A stretch of DNA of 63,606 nt, filler included, from Nemertoderma westbladi (Eukaryota; Animalia; Xenacoelomorpha): assembly GCA_032718475.1 (NCBI GenBank). It is 3 parts of 3 records of this genome, joined end to end, with 100 filler letters (N's around TTAATTAATTAA, not from the genome) between each part and the next. Parts side by side here need not be neighbours in the genome. Positions count along the whole stretch, not along the records: positions 51,460 to 63,606 come from JAUCBJ010009032.1; 2 more parts are not named here. The stretch is one strand, 5' to 3'. Position 1 is the stretch's first letter. Each line of letters starts with the position of its first letter. A program made the translations under genes and the position numbers. Positions 51,460 to 63,606 of the stretch are shown piece after piece. Below the pieces are notes generated by a model. It was not told the DNA's origin. It ran no database searches and saw nothing but the letters and a program-made list of their open reading frames with translations.

Positions 51460-53729
51460 TAGCGGTTCAGAATCATTTAACAAAATTTCGCCTGATAGTT
51501 ATGTTGCCCCATCGTTGATCTACTGTATCATATAAAAACACTTCCAAGTGATTAGGTTCAAAACTGTAAAAGCCTTAGGGTTTAACCAAGTTTTTTTATT
51601 GTTAACTAGTATTAACTAATATTAAATAGCGAAAAAAAATTGTTTTTCTGACCTGTCATGTAGAATAGCATCTTATGCACCTACTGTATATGCCAAATTT
51701 TAACCAAAACCAAACAATTTTGAAACCCTGAGAGTGATAAATCGAAGAGTTGTCCGAAAATGGTGTATGGTTAATTGCGCCGAACCCCCCCCCCCCCCCC
51801 CCCCCCCCCCAACCTTTCTGCACAAGCCACAATATCTAAAAAACATTTCCAGGCGTTTCCAGCTCTGCTATTCCACAAAGAAAATAAGTTTGTTACATAT
51901 TATTTGGAATTGCATGGACAGTTTTCCGTCGGCACCAACACTTTGCGGTGGTTCTACTTAACTATTGTACTTGGGTCCTTCCAATGTTACAAAATATTAT
52001 CATGTTATCATACTCTTGTTGAAGAGGTAATAAAAAGTAATTGTGGAAATTATTAACCTTCTATAGGATTATTTATATTTTGTCCTTTATTTTTCGCCGA
52101 GCAATTAAACTACGTCTTTGTAAGAAATCGGCTGCGCCCCCACGCAGGGGTGGCTGCGACGCCCCTGTCGAGTGGTAGTTTATTTCCGAGGTACTATATA
52201 AAAAATTTGTTTGTTTCTGCGGCTCTTCTATGATATCGATGAATCTTTCTTAGTCCTACACGTTGAAAAGATTTTGAAAAGTCAGTCATGTCATCATAAA
52301 AATATTCATATAAAACGGACGGAAATTCATGTCCGTCGGAAATTTACGATTAGGTTGAAGGAGAATATTAATGTTACGTTACAGTGACACGATAATTATA
52401 ACCAAAACAATAAACCAAAGTCAATAGAACATAGTTTTATTTTTCAGCTGTTGGAGCTGTTATTTTCGTCGATTTCCCTCTGGAGAGGGTTGAATAACTC
52501 AGTATACTTTTCGTTACGTGTTAGATATGAATACGCCTATAATATAATATATAGTTCAGTTTGTAATTAATCACAGGTACCGGTATCACGTATTACGTAT
52601 CACGTTAGGTACCCATAGTACTGCACTCCTTAATCAGCTACCCAGTACTGCACTGGCACTCCTGCAACCTCCCTCCTGCCATCAGCTGATCAGGCTACCG
52701 GTACTGCACTCCTGCAACCTCCCTCCTGGCACCTGGCTCCTGCCATCAGGCTACCGGTACTAGTCTGCTAGTGATACTAAGTGTATAGCATAAGTAGGCC
52801 TATACTGCGATATGTTACCCCTCTGATTTCCTTGCCCCCTACTGCCCTCCTACCTACACTAACCAGACTACATTACAGAATTAGGTAGTACCCAGGTTGG
52901 AATTCATGCATGAGCGCGCAGGTACGCTTTGTTGTTTTGAAATCACCGCGCACCTGAAATTGGCTCGTCGCGCACCTCATCATATGTCATAATCCAAACA
53001 AAATCGCGCAGCTCATGTCATGCATATCTCAAAAAATCGCACAGTTCATAAGAACAATTTTACATTCCTATTTTTTACAAGTTTGAGCGTTTTAAGCTTA
53101 TCTTTACGTCTGTCTGTCTGTCAGTCTGTACGTTGAATCTAGGCTTACATAATAAATGTAATTTTTGCAACATCAAAATTGTTAATATTAAAAAATATTT
53201 TTTTAATCCACTACTATCAGACTATGGTGGCCCATCGGGCTCACTGCTTTTATAACAGAAAATATTATTTTAGACTACAAACAAAACATGTACCGGTAAT
53301 TTCAAAAAAACGAATATTGAAATAGGTACCAGTCTGCCAATAATACTTTGTATAGGCCTACCTAACAATTAGGCTTAAACATACAGTTGGCTTATAATTA
53401 AGTCATACTTATACTGTATAATACTGTAATACATTGTTACTTTCTGACTTTACCTGTTTACTAACGTAACATCGGCATACTGTCAGTAGTTACTTTTTGC
53501 GGTAGTGGTATGGCTTTGCAGTAGCCTTACTGCCTCAGTCTGTTAGTGGTGTATACCGCGGTAGTTGAGTTATAGCTGTATAGTTCATTCATACCCATAC
53601 CTGTGGTATTTTCGTATTGCAAAAATAAGACTATACTGTAAACTCTAACCTATTATGTTATTGAGTTAATGTTTATTGACTAATTGTTTTGATTAGGTTC
53701 ACTCACATCTCTGCATCTCCAACCAGACA

Positions 53730-54010
53730 CTATAACATTGGAGTTGGAGGTGTCTCATTCAGTCATTGGTTCCCCCAAGCTAGACACTAGAACAAAGCCG
53801 CCTCCGCTTTGCAGGACATCGCTTTAAGCCGTGAGGACCAGCCAGTGCAACTCATGGAGTGAATAAGCGTGGTGGACAGCCCATGACTTTCTTGATACGC
53901 ATCTTTCTTACTGTCTTAAATGACACTGGCCTTGAAGATGCAGATGATCTAGCAAATGTCATGGGTGTTAACGCTGTAAGAGTGTAAGGGAGTTGTGGAG
54001 GCGCACTTTT
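53730..54010 (+). mobile_element. RTE LINE 3' (post-RT) fragment, heavily decayed
   Basis: Translated pieces SRLRFAGH...REDQP...HGVNKRGGQPMTFLD...LNDTGLEDADDLANVM...ELWRR resemble the RTE C-terminus (RRLRFAGH..RGRP.TYID.L..DTGL). Confidence 0.65.
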
Positions 54011-54784
54011 GTCAACAAGCCGGCACAGCATTCTTACTTTCTTAATAGGGCCTATATATATAATGCAGCTGCAATGCAGCATGCCGATTGTAGTAGTAGT
54101 AAGTGGTGAGGTGATAGGGCTCCTTCAATTGGTAAAGTCAAAAGTGGCCGTTTATTGTTTTAGTTAGAAAAGTCTGCCTCTGTAACCTGTTCCTTTCCTT
54201 CAATTGGTTTATGATTATGACGTGTGTTACTTCTTACTTCTGTACTTATTATGTGGAGACCCCAACACGTTAATCAGTTACTAATCCCCTTTCATCATCC
54301 AGCCGTTTTAAAATACCCTTGCTGTTGTATGGAAAAATTAGAAGAGATGGTGGTAGCATCAACTTGTAGTATTTCTTTCTGATAGGGCTCCCATAGGTTT
54401 AGACGAAATCGTAGCTTGTACTGTAGTTAGCCTTAGCAGCAGCTGCAGTTGGCAAACCTGGCATTGCTACCAGTTTCCACCAAATATAATTTGTAATTAA
54501 ATATTTGTTGGAGCATAATCTAATCTAGTCCTAAAGACTCTAAAGTCCTGGCTGGGTACATAAGGCTGTAAGGTTAGACATAACATGAATGTAAATTGTA
54601 AACTAAACAATATGCTAAAAGTAAAGTACAAAGTACCTAGAATGCTAGAATGTACCATTATATTCTAAGTACAGTACACTGAAGATACATACAGAGCTGC
54701 AAAGGTAACTTTCCATAACTTAATAGCTGTCTGGCTTTCTCTCATCTGTCATGCTTCATGTACCTTTATGTTTGATTCTCAATT

Positions 54785-55070
54785 TCACGTCCAAATTGGA
54801 CTTAAAGTCCAATATTGGACTTTTGTAAAAATTCAAAGCCTTATAAAAAAAGTTCCCCCTGGTGAATTTCAGGTCCCCCTGTTCAAAACTCTTATTTTTT
54901 GATATATTTTCGATTAAAAAAAAAAAATCTCGCCCGATCCAATTACCCAAGGCCCTGGAACAATTGGCTGATTTGAAGTCCAATATTGGACTCACAGAAG
55001 TCCAATTTTGGACTTGAACTGGAGTCGAAGTCCAATTTTGGACTCAAGTCCAATTTTTGACTTCTCACCG
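54785..55070. repeat. Array of AGTCCAAT(A/T)TTGGACT hairpin units, probably a DNA-transposon terminus
   Basis: Repeated agtccaatattggact / agtccaattttggact ending ...gacttctcaccg. Confidence 0.6.
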
Positions 55071-55523
55071 ACTGGCATAGCATAGACCTAATAACAATAC
55101 AACAATAGAGTACTGTAGTTAAAATAAATAGACAAATTCAGCTTATTCCTTATTCAGCTATTCCATTATTGAAAATAATGAACTATCGCCCTACAATAAT
55201 TGATAATAAATAAAACTGAACTTAATCACACCCAAGTCATTTTCAACCCTAGTATGCTCGATTGTGCGCGTAATACAAAACACCGCCATACTGCAATATT
55301 TCAACCCGCCGCACCAAAATTTTAACGCGCTCAGCCGCACAGTAGCCTGGCCGCTACAACATATCACCCCAGTTCTGCAGTTACGTTATTCTGCTATACT
55401 GCAGTAAATCCTGTAAATCAGTCATCATCAGGTACCGGTAATACAGTAGGCCTAATCACTATCCTGTACTGTACCCTATCACTGTACTGATAGCCTAATA
55501 CTGTAGCAATCAAAACAGCAATA

Positions 55524-56309
55524 ATGGCAAGGTATATGTATTGCTCGATATCACACGAAGTACCAGATAATCCAGTTGTTTGTCCAACCTCGAACTTCGT
55601 GTTCGAACGTCGACTCATCGAAAAATTTATTGCGGAGAACGGATGCGACCCTATAAACGGCGAGCCTCTAACCATTGACATGTTAGTCGAGATAAAAACG
55701 AACCCGTCGATTAAACCGAAACCTCCTTCCGCTACCAGCATCCCGGCTATACTGAAATCCTTACAGGACGAATGGGACGCGGTTATGCTGCACACGTTTA
55801 CCTTGCGGCAGCAGCTGCAGACAGCTCGCCAGGAGTTGAGTCACAGTCTGTACCAACACGACGCAGCCTGTCGTGTGATCGCTCGTCTCTCGAAGGAAGC
55901 GGCGGCCGCTAGAGAGGCGCTCGCCACGCTGAAACCGCAGACTGCGAGCCTCCCGCAAGCGGCTCCGAGCGCCGCGCCACCAGTGGCCACGGTACAGCCG
56001 CTGTCATCCGCGGCGGAGGTGGACGAAGCATTGACGGAGGTCGGAATGTCGGAAGAAGTTACGCGACAACTGCAGGACAAAGCGACCGTGCTCACCGCCG
56101 AACGTAAGAAGCGAGGTAAAGCGATCCCCGATGGGCTGGTGTCTGCCGAGGCGATCAAGCACTTCCGACAGGTCTCCAGTCATGCCGGACTCCACTCCGC
56201 CAGTCAGCCCGGAATCCTAGCTCTGGACATTCATCTCTCGGACACCTCCAAGGTTCTGACTGGCGGACTCGATAAGAACGCGGTGGTTTTCAACAGGGAG
56301 ACCGAACAG
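55524..56309 (+). CDS. PRPF19: Pre-mRNA processing factor 19, exon 1 (U-box, coiled coil, start of WD40)
   Basis: [13 protein letters not shown]...[18 protein letters not shown]...[22 protein letters not shown]...[19 protein letters not shown]; donor CAG|gtgact, phase 0. Confidence 0.96.
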
Positions 56310-57748
56310 GTGACTTTTACGTGTAATTCACTTTATTTTCGGTTTATTATTAAGTTACTGATGCTGCCATGGTAGAGTCTATCTATATGTTCAACAGTTC
56401 AATTTGAGCACTACCTCTACTCGAATATAGTGTCTTTAAACAGTGACCTGACCAGAGTCACTGGGTTCCCCCCTTCTCCTCCCCTGTATTTTATACATAT
56501 CTTAATTTGATTGATAAAAACAAATATTGAAGGTTTGGCCGCTAGGTATTTAGGTAATGGATGGGTCAGAATTTTATTTTGCCTTCTTCAATGTTTTCTA
56601 CTAAGTGTCTCCTCTATTACCATTATTAAGTCGTCGCTGTTATTCTTAGCCTCCCAGGGGCACGGGGTGTGGGGGGGCACATGCCCCTCCTCCCGGTAAT
56701 TTTTGAACAATGACTGTAAGCACTAGCGTACCGAGGGGGGTGGCCATGTGTCTATAGCCACCCCCTTGGAAAGGGCATTTTTCTAAACAGAAAGCTTCGC
56801 ATTGTAACAGTGATTGGTCAATAGGTCAAGGAACTTAACATCAAAATGGTGCAACAGCATCATCGGGTAGAAAATATAAATTTAGACCAATATAATATTA
56901 TGTGCTGCATCATTACTACAGTAGTATTCCCAATTGTGTGTGTAAATTATATAAACTACAGTTTGCGTTCAAATATTTATTCAAACATTTTTTAAAATTA
57001 CAGTAGGCCTAGTTACAGATAATGTCTCAAATAATCAGTTATTCTTTCTACAACAGTTTTATTGCTCATCTGCACTGCATTGCATGCTGTTATGGATTCA
57101 TCAAATCCAGCGAAAAAAAATGGGAAATAACTAATTTCTTTTCACTTGGATCTGCATCTGAAATAGATATTGTTGAAGATGTGGAACTGAGTTGTTAAAC
57201 TGAAGGTATTAATTCTAATCTGAACACCCATTACAACGACCATGATAACTATTACGCAATGTGCAGAATTTACGACCAAACCAGTAACTTTCAGTTCCAG
57301 TACCCGAAGTCAAAATATGGGAGTGTCCAACTCCGCCAACAGTGCTGCAGTGGCTCTCACTGTGCAACGGTCTGAGCTACTCAAGGATTTTTGATGCTGC
57401 CTTCCCTCTTTCTTGCATATAGTGTGTTCTTCAAACCGGACAAGTTAACTTATGGAGCATATTTTTTGAATTTTTCTCGCCCCTGATTTATGCCCCCCCC
57501 CCCCCCCCCCCCCCCGGCTAGGTGACCTCGGGATCCGCCCCTGCCCTTCGTGTATTGTGATACTGATGGAAAGTGGGACTTACATATAGATTCCAAATAA
57601 GTAAAAGTATCTCAAATATTGTTGACTTATAGTTGAGATCTCAGAGTTTGGAAATGGTAGGGTTATTCTATTGGGGGTCGGAATTTGTTTACAAATCACT
57701 ACAACATAAAACATAAAAAATTTTGTAATAATTTATCTACTTCCCCAG

Positions 57749-58504
57749 GTGATCGCTGTGCTTAAAGGCCACACCAAGAAGGTCACCCACGCAGTCTACC
57801 ACCCGTACGAGGACCTAGCCTACACCGGGTCGCCTGACCGCACAATCCGCGTCTGGTCCATCAACAGCGAGTCCTGCTCGCTGGTAATCCGGGCCCACGA
57901 TGCGGCCATCACCGGGATGAGTCTGCACGCGACCGGGGACTTCGTACTGAGCTGCGCGGACGACCGGAGCTGGGCCTTCACGGACGTCGCCACCGGACAG
58001 GTGCTCAGTCGCGTCCGGGACACCGCGAGCAGTAACGCGCCGCTCACGTGCGCCCAGTTCCATCCGGACGGGTTGATATTCGGTACCGGGACCGGCGACG
58101 CCATGATCAAAATATGGGATCTTAAAGAGCAGGACAATGTGGCCAACTTCCCTGGCCATTCGGGACCCATAGCGGATATCGCATTCTCCGAGAACGGCTA
58201 CTATCTAGCAACTGCGGCGGATGACTCGGTTGTTAAACTCTGGGACCTTCGTAAACTCCGCAACTTTAAGACGATTCAGTTGGACGGGAGTTACGAGGTT
58301 CGATCCCTGCAATTCGACCAGAGCGGCAGTTACCTTGCCGTCGCCGGTTCCGATGTTCGCGTCTATATGTGCAAACAGTGGGTCGACCTCAAGGTCTTTG
58401 ACGACCACACGGCGATGACTACGGCTGTGGGATTCGGCCACAACGCCACCTACATCGCCTCTACTAGTATGGATCGAACCATTAAGTTTTACGCTCAGAT
58501 GTAA
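57749..58504 (+). CDS. PRPF19: Pre-mRNA processing factor 19, exon 2 (WD40 repeats)
   Basis: cttccccag|[12 protein letters not shown]...[14 protein letters not shown]...[30 protein letters not shown]. Joined protein is 513 aa. Confidence 0.96.
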   Translation: MIAVLKGHTKKVTHAVYHPYEDLAYTGSPDRTIRVWSINSESCSLVIRAHDAAITGMSLHATGDFVLSCADDRSWAFTDVATGQVLSRVRDTASSNAPLTCAQFHPDGLIFGTGTGDAMIKIWDLKEQDNVANFPGHSGPIADIAFSENGYYLATAADDSVVKLWDLRKLRNFKTIQLDGSYEVRSLQFDQSGSYLAVAGSDVRVYMCKQWVDLKVFDDHTAMTTAVGFGHNATYIASTSMDRTIKFYAQM

Positions 58505-59974
58505 CATTAATCTATATGTAATCGTATGTTACACATTATGGTTGGGTTAATACGTTTGACAGCGTTAAACGTTAACCGGAGGTGGTATAGATCAGCTCGT
58601 ACAGCGATACGCCCTGCGACATCAAGTTGCCAATAAACAATTCTGTAATCTCAGTTTCAATGCTGCCTATATAGCGATTAATACTGTAGATGGTTCTCCC
58701 ATCTGTAACGGTTTTATGTGATGTTATTAATTAGGCAGTGGAATCTTGTGATTTCGTTTCACCAACAAACTGTTTACACTCTGGGCTCTTTAACAGCTCT
58801 GAACTGTGTCTGACCCTTGTGCTATGCTATAGGGGTCCGATATGTAACTATACGAAACTTTCCAATCCAACATTGCACTCAGTGTCACATACTCATATGT
58901 TCGATTAATTTTTTTCTGTACCTTATTAATAATCATTGGCCTGGACCCTCAATTTCCATCACTATCGTTTAGTGAACTGATTAGATTGTTCAAATCTCCC
59001 AAGTAACCTGTCTGTTTGTAAAATCTCGACCATGAAACCCTTCCATTGTGTTTACAAGTTGTCATTTTTCGACCAATCAAGGATGAAGCCATGATTATGC
59101 TAGGCTACATCATATAAAGCACTGCACTCAAACAGTGCTGCTTCGTTTTACGAGTTCAAATTGAAACTGGTATTTCGCAATTTCCAAGAACGAGACCGGG
59201 ATTGGCTCTAACGGCATATTAAACTTTCACCCCACCCCTCTAATGTTAGAGTTTTCACCCAATTATAGACCTCCATCCTACAACATTTAAGACCAACATT
59301 TTTAACGTAAATTCCTAATATTTCCCCTTTGAGCTGCAGTTTTGCTTCCATAACGACCGAAGTTATGTTACTTACACACATTCCTCTATGTCCCTACCTC
59401 TACTATCGACCGTGAAGTCATTAAATGAACAGCCAGCCCCTTAATATCATAAAAATATTTTATTGCTATTTATTGATACTGCTATAATTATTAAATTAAT
59501 AAATTATTAAATAATAATATAAGAGAATTAGTACAAATTGCCAAAAGCATCCCAATCCGATCCCCATTAAATATATCGTATTCCAGGATTACCTTGCAGT
59601 ACGAATCGAAATTCAATTTTCGTATCAAAATTTATTGTTGTCAATTAAATTGATTTATTTGTATTCCTTATTGTTTAGATAAAGGTTTAATTAGTGCAAT
59701 CACAAGTTTTTAAACTAATGTTTCTCATTTATTTCAATAGAAACTCCTGTTATTTAGTAAAAAATACCACACGAAAAAAATACGAAACGTATTTCGTATC
59801 GTATCTTCGATATTTCGTATTTTCAAAAACCGTATTTGTACCGTATCCTGTCCGTAATGTGAGCTGACAGTGTTTGATTACATAATAATACTGCTCGTGT
59901 TCACTAACTATTAATTGTTCAGTGTAGTATATCAATCGTATTCCTATATCAGTATTCATTAATATATTATGAGT

Positions 59975-60115
59975 TTATGAGGAACCAAGAAATATATTAA
60001 CAAATTCTTCGTATTTAATATATCCGTCTTTGTCCGTATCTACGGTGTCGATAAATATTTTCAACTCCTCGTCTGTGAATGGCTCACCCATCGTTGCTAA
60101 CACGGATTGTAATTC
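59975..60115 (-). CDS. Terminal exon of a calmodulin-like EF-hand protein (not in the ORF track)
   Basis: ttttgttctattcacag|ELQSVLATMGEPFTDEELKIFIDTVDTDKDGYIKYEEFVNIFLGSS*. Canonical EF loop DTDKDGYIKYEE; aligns with the calmodulin C-terminal lobe. Upstream exons not found in the window. Confidence 0.8.
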   Translation of the reverse strand, partial: ELQSVLATMGEPFTDEELKIFIDTVDTDKDGYIKYEEFVNIFLGSS

Positions 60116-61379
60116 CTGTGAATAGAACAAAACCAGTTTATTTATGTCCAACCCAGCACCTTACTGGGTGCTGAACCGAGTGGTTTGTTACACAAGCCAA
60201 AGTAGTGAATGGTTGCAAAGCTGATGGTGAAATATTACAATACAGTCTACACAAAATTTTGCACATTTTTTAGCATTAAGAGGATTTATTGATAAGTCAA
60301 TCAGTCATTGCTTATATACCGGAAAAAATGTGCGTCGAAAAATTGAACCTTACAACAAAAACCTATATCGTGTTTATACAAAAAAAGTTGTTACTACCGT
60401 GTCTCAATTTAAATCCGGTAAATAAAATAGCTATTTAAGCTCCTGTGCTCTGCTGACAGCTAAAATTTCGCACTTTCTATCACTTAATGGTAGATAGACT
60501 TACTGTCTCAGGTATCACTGATTTAGTGAGTGATACAAAGGTAATAATAGTGGGAGAAAGCGTACTTTCTTGCACTGTTTCTACAAATTTTAGTTAGAAA
60601 ATGTGTAATTTTCAAGTAAATAATTATTTATTACATAATGGAAAAAGTATTACATAATGTGTTAGCTTATTCAATTCCGCTAACCACCCCATAAAGTGAG
60701 CGTTAAGCAATATTGGGGAACACTATCAATCAACCTCGTGTCACCCCAACAAAGTGGGAAGGAGAAACCCCAGAGAACACACACACAATAGGGGTCAGGG
60801 GTTACACCCCTGAGAGAGAGGGAATAGCAGTGGTAAAGGGAAACACTCCAAGGGAGGTGAAAGGGCGACAATTAGGTTATCAGCCAATGGGGGGCAGGCA
60901 TCGGCTGAGTAACGTAATGTGGCCAACCCGTGCAATATATATTACCAGTTGTGTCATTTCATTCACTCAGTTATCTCAGTGCAGTCAGGACAGAGCGGTG
61001 ACTTTGTTACCGTCGTCGCCACCATCATCCATCAGTGCTGCTGTATACTTAGGCCTATTACCATCATCAATTGTGCTAACTCAGTTATCTCATATATCAT
61101 ATACATACTGACATATACTATCAATAACATCGGAAGAACTACAATAACTCCTTTTACACACGGCGGGTACGCGTAAACAAACAACCGGATAAACCAGGAT
61201 CCCTTGATCCCGTCACAGTAACAAATTCCCAAGTTGCCTGAGACTGTGACTGCTACCCACCGAGAAAGACAAGATGAGTCGAACAGGAGAGACGACACCG
61301 CCGTGGACCCCGGACGGCGATCTAACGATCCGCGAGGCCGCGACGCGACGGTACAGACCCCGTATGCTAAGTGACTTTT

Positions 61380-61730
61380 TTGTGCGCCGAACGCGACGCG
61401 GCGCAGAAAAAAATGTGCGCCTGCGCAGTCGAAAACAGGCAAAATCCGCGTGCGCAGCAGACAAATTGCGCGAGATTGGCGCGCGCAGCAGAAATTCTGC
61501 GTGAGATTGGCGCGCACAGCAGAAATACTGCGCGAAATCTCCTACCTCTCCTACCTCTGTAGTACCGGTACTGTACCGTACCACCTACCCGCCTGCCTAC
61601 TCTACTGGCCTAAGCAAGCCCTAAGCACACCAAGTAGGACGCTTTATTATCAATTATATTATTGACATTACAGCATTGACATTACACATTGGCGCGCACA
61701 GCAGAAATACTGCGCGAAATCTCCTACCAC
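61380..61730. promoter_or_regulatory. CpG-rich tandem ~29-bp repeats carrying ATTGGCGCGC (CCAAT/E2F-like) plus an NRF1-like site
   Basis: attggcgcgc(a/g)cagcagaaat at ~61475, ~61506 and ~61688; tgcgcctgcgca at ~61416-61427. Regulatory role is inferred only. Confidence 0.35.
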
Positions 61731-62250
61731 GTCCGGTACCTCCCAGTTTCGGCAACCCTGTAGACGTTGGTTCGGTTGTCGGTTTGGTACTCGGCGCCAC
61801 ACTCACGTTAGGGGCGCTCGGCTGGATTCTCTATGCCCACAGACGACCCCGGTATTAGTACGTTTGAACGACACTAGCCAAACAAGCCTAAAATCAGATA
61901 AATAATGGTACCGGTACCGGTATAGCAGTATTGTTCACCACCTTGCGGATTGCATGGGTATTATTTATTAAGTTCTTTGAAGGGAATGTATTATTTTAAT
62001 CTATATTACTTACTACTACTATTATTACTACTATTACTATTATTTACTAGCTTAATTATGTAATATTTTAGCTTAATCTATTAGTTTAATTACGATTTAC
62101 TATGCGTACGTAATCTTAATTACAGTCTACCGTACATACATATTTCTAATATTATAATTAATATTTACCCCGACTGAGGGTGTATCTTATTGTAAAAAAA
62201 TATTACAAGCTAATAACGCTGTTGCGATACGGTTGTTTATTTCATATGTT

Positions 62251-62363
62251 GGCCCTGAAAAGGGCCGTTTGGGTTGGTTAAGTCAGGTCATACAGTAGAT
62301 GGCCCTGAAAAGGGCCGTTTGGGTTGAAGTCAGGTCGTACAGTAGTTGGCCCTGAAAAGGGCC
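62251..62363 (-). other. Three tandem histone-mRNA 3' stem-loops without a histone CDS
   Basis: The minus strand reads aacccaaacGGCCCTTTTCAGGGCCa at 62251-62266, 62301-62316 and 62348-62363 (spacing 50 and 47 bp). Confidence 0.8.
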
Positions 62364-63030
62364 GTTTGGGTTGGTTAAGGTATAAGGTACAGTATAGACA
62401 TTCAGCAAGGGTAGTAATGTTTGAAAAGTGCAAGGACCCAGGTAGCACAAATACGTAAATTTACGGCAAATTTACGTTCATTATTCGTCCAGACGTTCTG
62501 GATTTATGTTCATATGACGTTGTATTTCTCCCATAAGATGCTATTGATGCTAAACGTTCAATAGTTCAAAGTTGGCCGTCAGAAGTACCGTAATATGAAC
62601 GGGCAATTGAACGTAAAAGAGACCACAGGCAATCTATGTTCAAATGACGTGTTCACTAGACGTTCATTTCTGGTGTGTTATAGGTCCATATTAGGTTGAA
62701 TAAACGTAAAAATTTAACGTGAGACCAACCAATCACTGTTTGTTGGTGCATGTTCTGTGTAGAGAGGGGAGGGGAGGGGGGGGGGGGGGGGGGGGTGAGG
62801 TTAGCCTACCTTAGTCAATCCCTACACACTATCCTACGGCCCTACACCTACAATACCCTATACATTTAGAGAAGGAAGCATCAGAGTATATATGAAATTA
62901 TTTAATCGATAGTGATATAAGAGTATCCATGATATATTATGGTGATGATCCACAAATTCGCATTGGATTAGTTAGATTTCTGTATTTTATCTTATTTCCA
63001 GCCAAAATAGATTATTCATATTGATGAATC

Positions 63031-63376
63031 TTAATACGTGATGGCCAGAATCTGCCGAACCTCGAATCGACTCTTCTCAAACCACGTTCCAGAACGTGCA
63101 GTTCGCTTGTGCTTATTAGCACCGGAGCAACGCCAAACAAGCCGCATGAATCCCCTGTCCTTCACCAGCGTAATTTTAGCTTGCGCAGTACAACCCGGAA
63201 AAGGACAAAGACGTAGGGTTGGTTGCCCATTTGATTGTAGAGTTCGGGGAAGAAGCTCCACGCTTTGAGCAAACTCAATAGCGCGCTCCTCAGTCTCGAT
63301 TCTTTGCCTGCCTCTTATGGTGGAATTTCACAAGATGGGTACGATGCAGTGGGTGAAACAAATTGACGGAAGCCAT
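63031..63376 (-). pseudogene. Merlin/IS1595-like (ISXO2) transposase N-terminal fragment
   Basis: ETEERAIEFAQSVELLP...CPFPGC...VWRC...RSGTWFEKSRFEVRQILAITY* matches the Merlin zinc ribbon plus SIRxGTWFExS motif. Stops before the DDE domain. Confidence 0.7.
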
Positions 63377-63606
63377 TTCAATAATTAGAAAACCGTGAGA
63401 GACATCATGATCATTTATCATGATGGTATATGACTTCACTTGACTTTACAACACTTTTTAACAATTTAAATTATTTGACTTGATATCACTTGGTTTTATG
63501 ACACTTGACTTGACATCATTGGACTCGACATCACTTCATAATTAATGCCTTTATTGACATCACGTGACTTGATAGTAGTTTGACTTGGCGCCATACGACT
63601 AGACAT

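Noticed and set aside
57085-57325. Possible hAT transposase N-terminal remnant in the PRP19 intron (FQYPKSKYG)
   Set aside because: Too short and decayed to support without a search.
55418-58507. Antisense and alternative-frame ORFs over PRP19, and the extension of ORF 55524-56375 past 56309
   Set aside because: Shadows of a GC-rich CDS; the extension is intron read-through.

Overview
AT-rich, repeat-dense eukaryotic DNA, most likely from an invertebrate animal. It has GT-AG introns, LINEs and two artificial 100-nt scaffold gaps carrying a TTAATTAATTAA spacer. Host genes: an intronless GT32 (DxD) glycosyltransferase, an intronless RPL31, a 5-exon uncharacterised protein with SILK+RVxF PP1-docking motifs, N-terminal exons of a probable SECISBP2/SBP2L gene cut by a gap, a 2-exon PRP19, and the last exon of a calmodulin-like EF-hand gene. 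The rest is mobile DNA: decayed RTE and CR1/L2-type LINEs, non-autonomous DNA transposons with clear 8- or 9-bp TSDs, a 2-kb foldback, Kolobok-like termini, Helentron/HINE-like elements, tRNA-derived SINE heads, a Merlin transposase fragment and a Polinton/adintovirus minor-capsid fragment. The most unusual item is an orphan tandem array of three consensus histone-mRNA 3' stem-loops (62251-62363) beside a GC-rich E2F/CCAAT/NRF1-like repeat, with no histone CDS. All family calls are by eye from remembered motifs; no searches were run.
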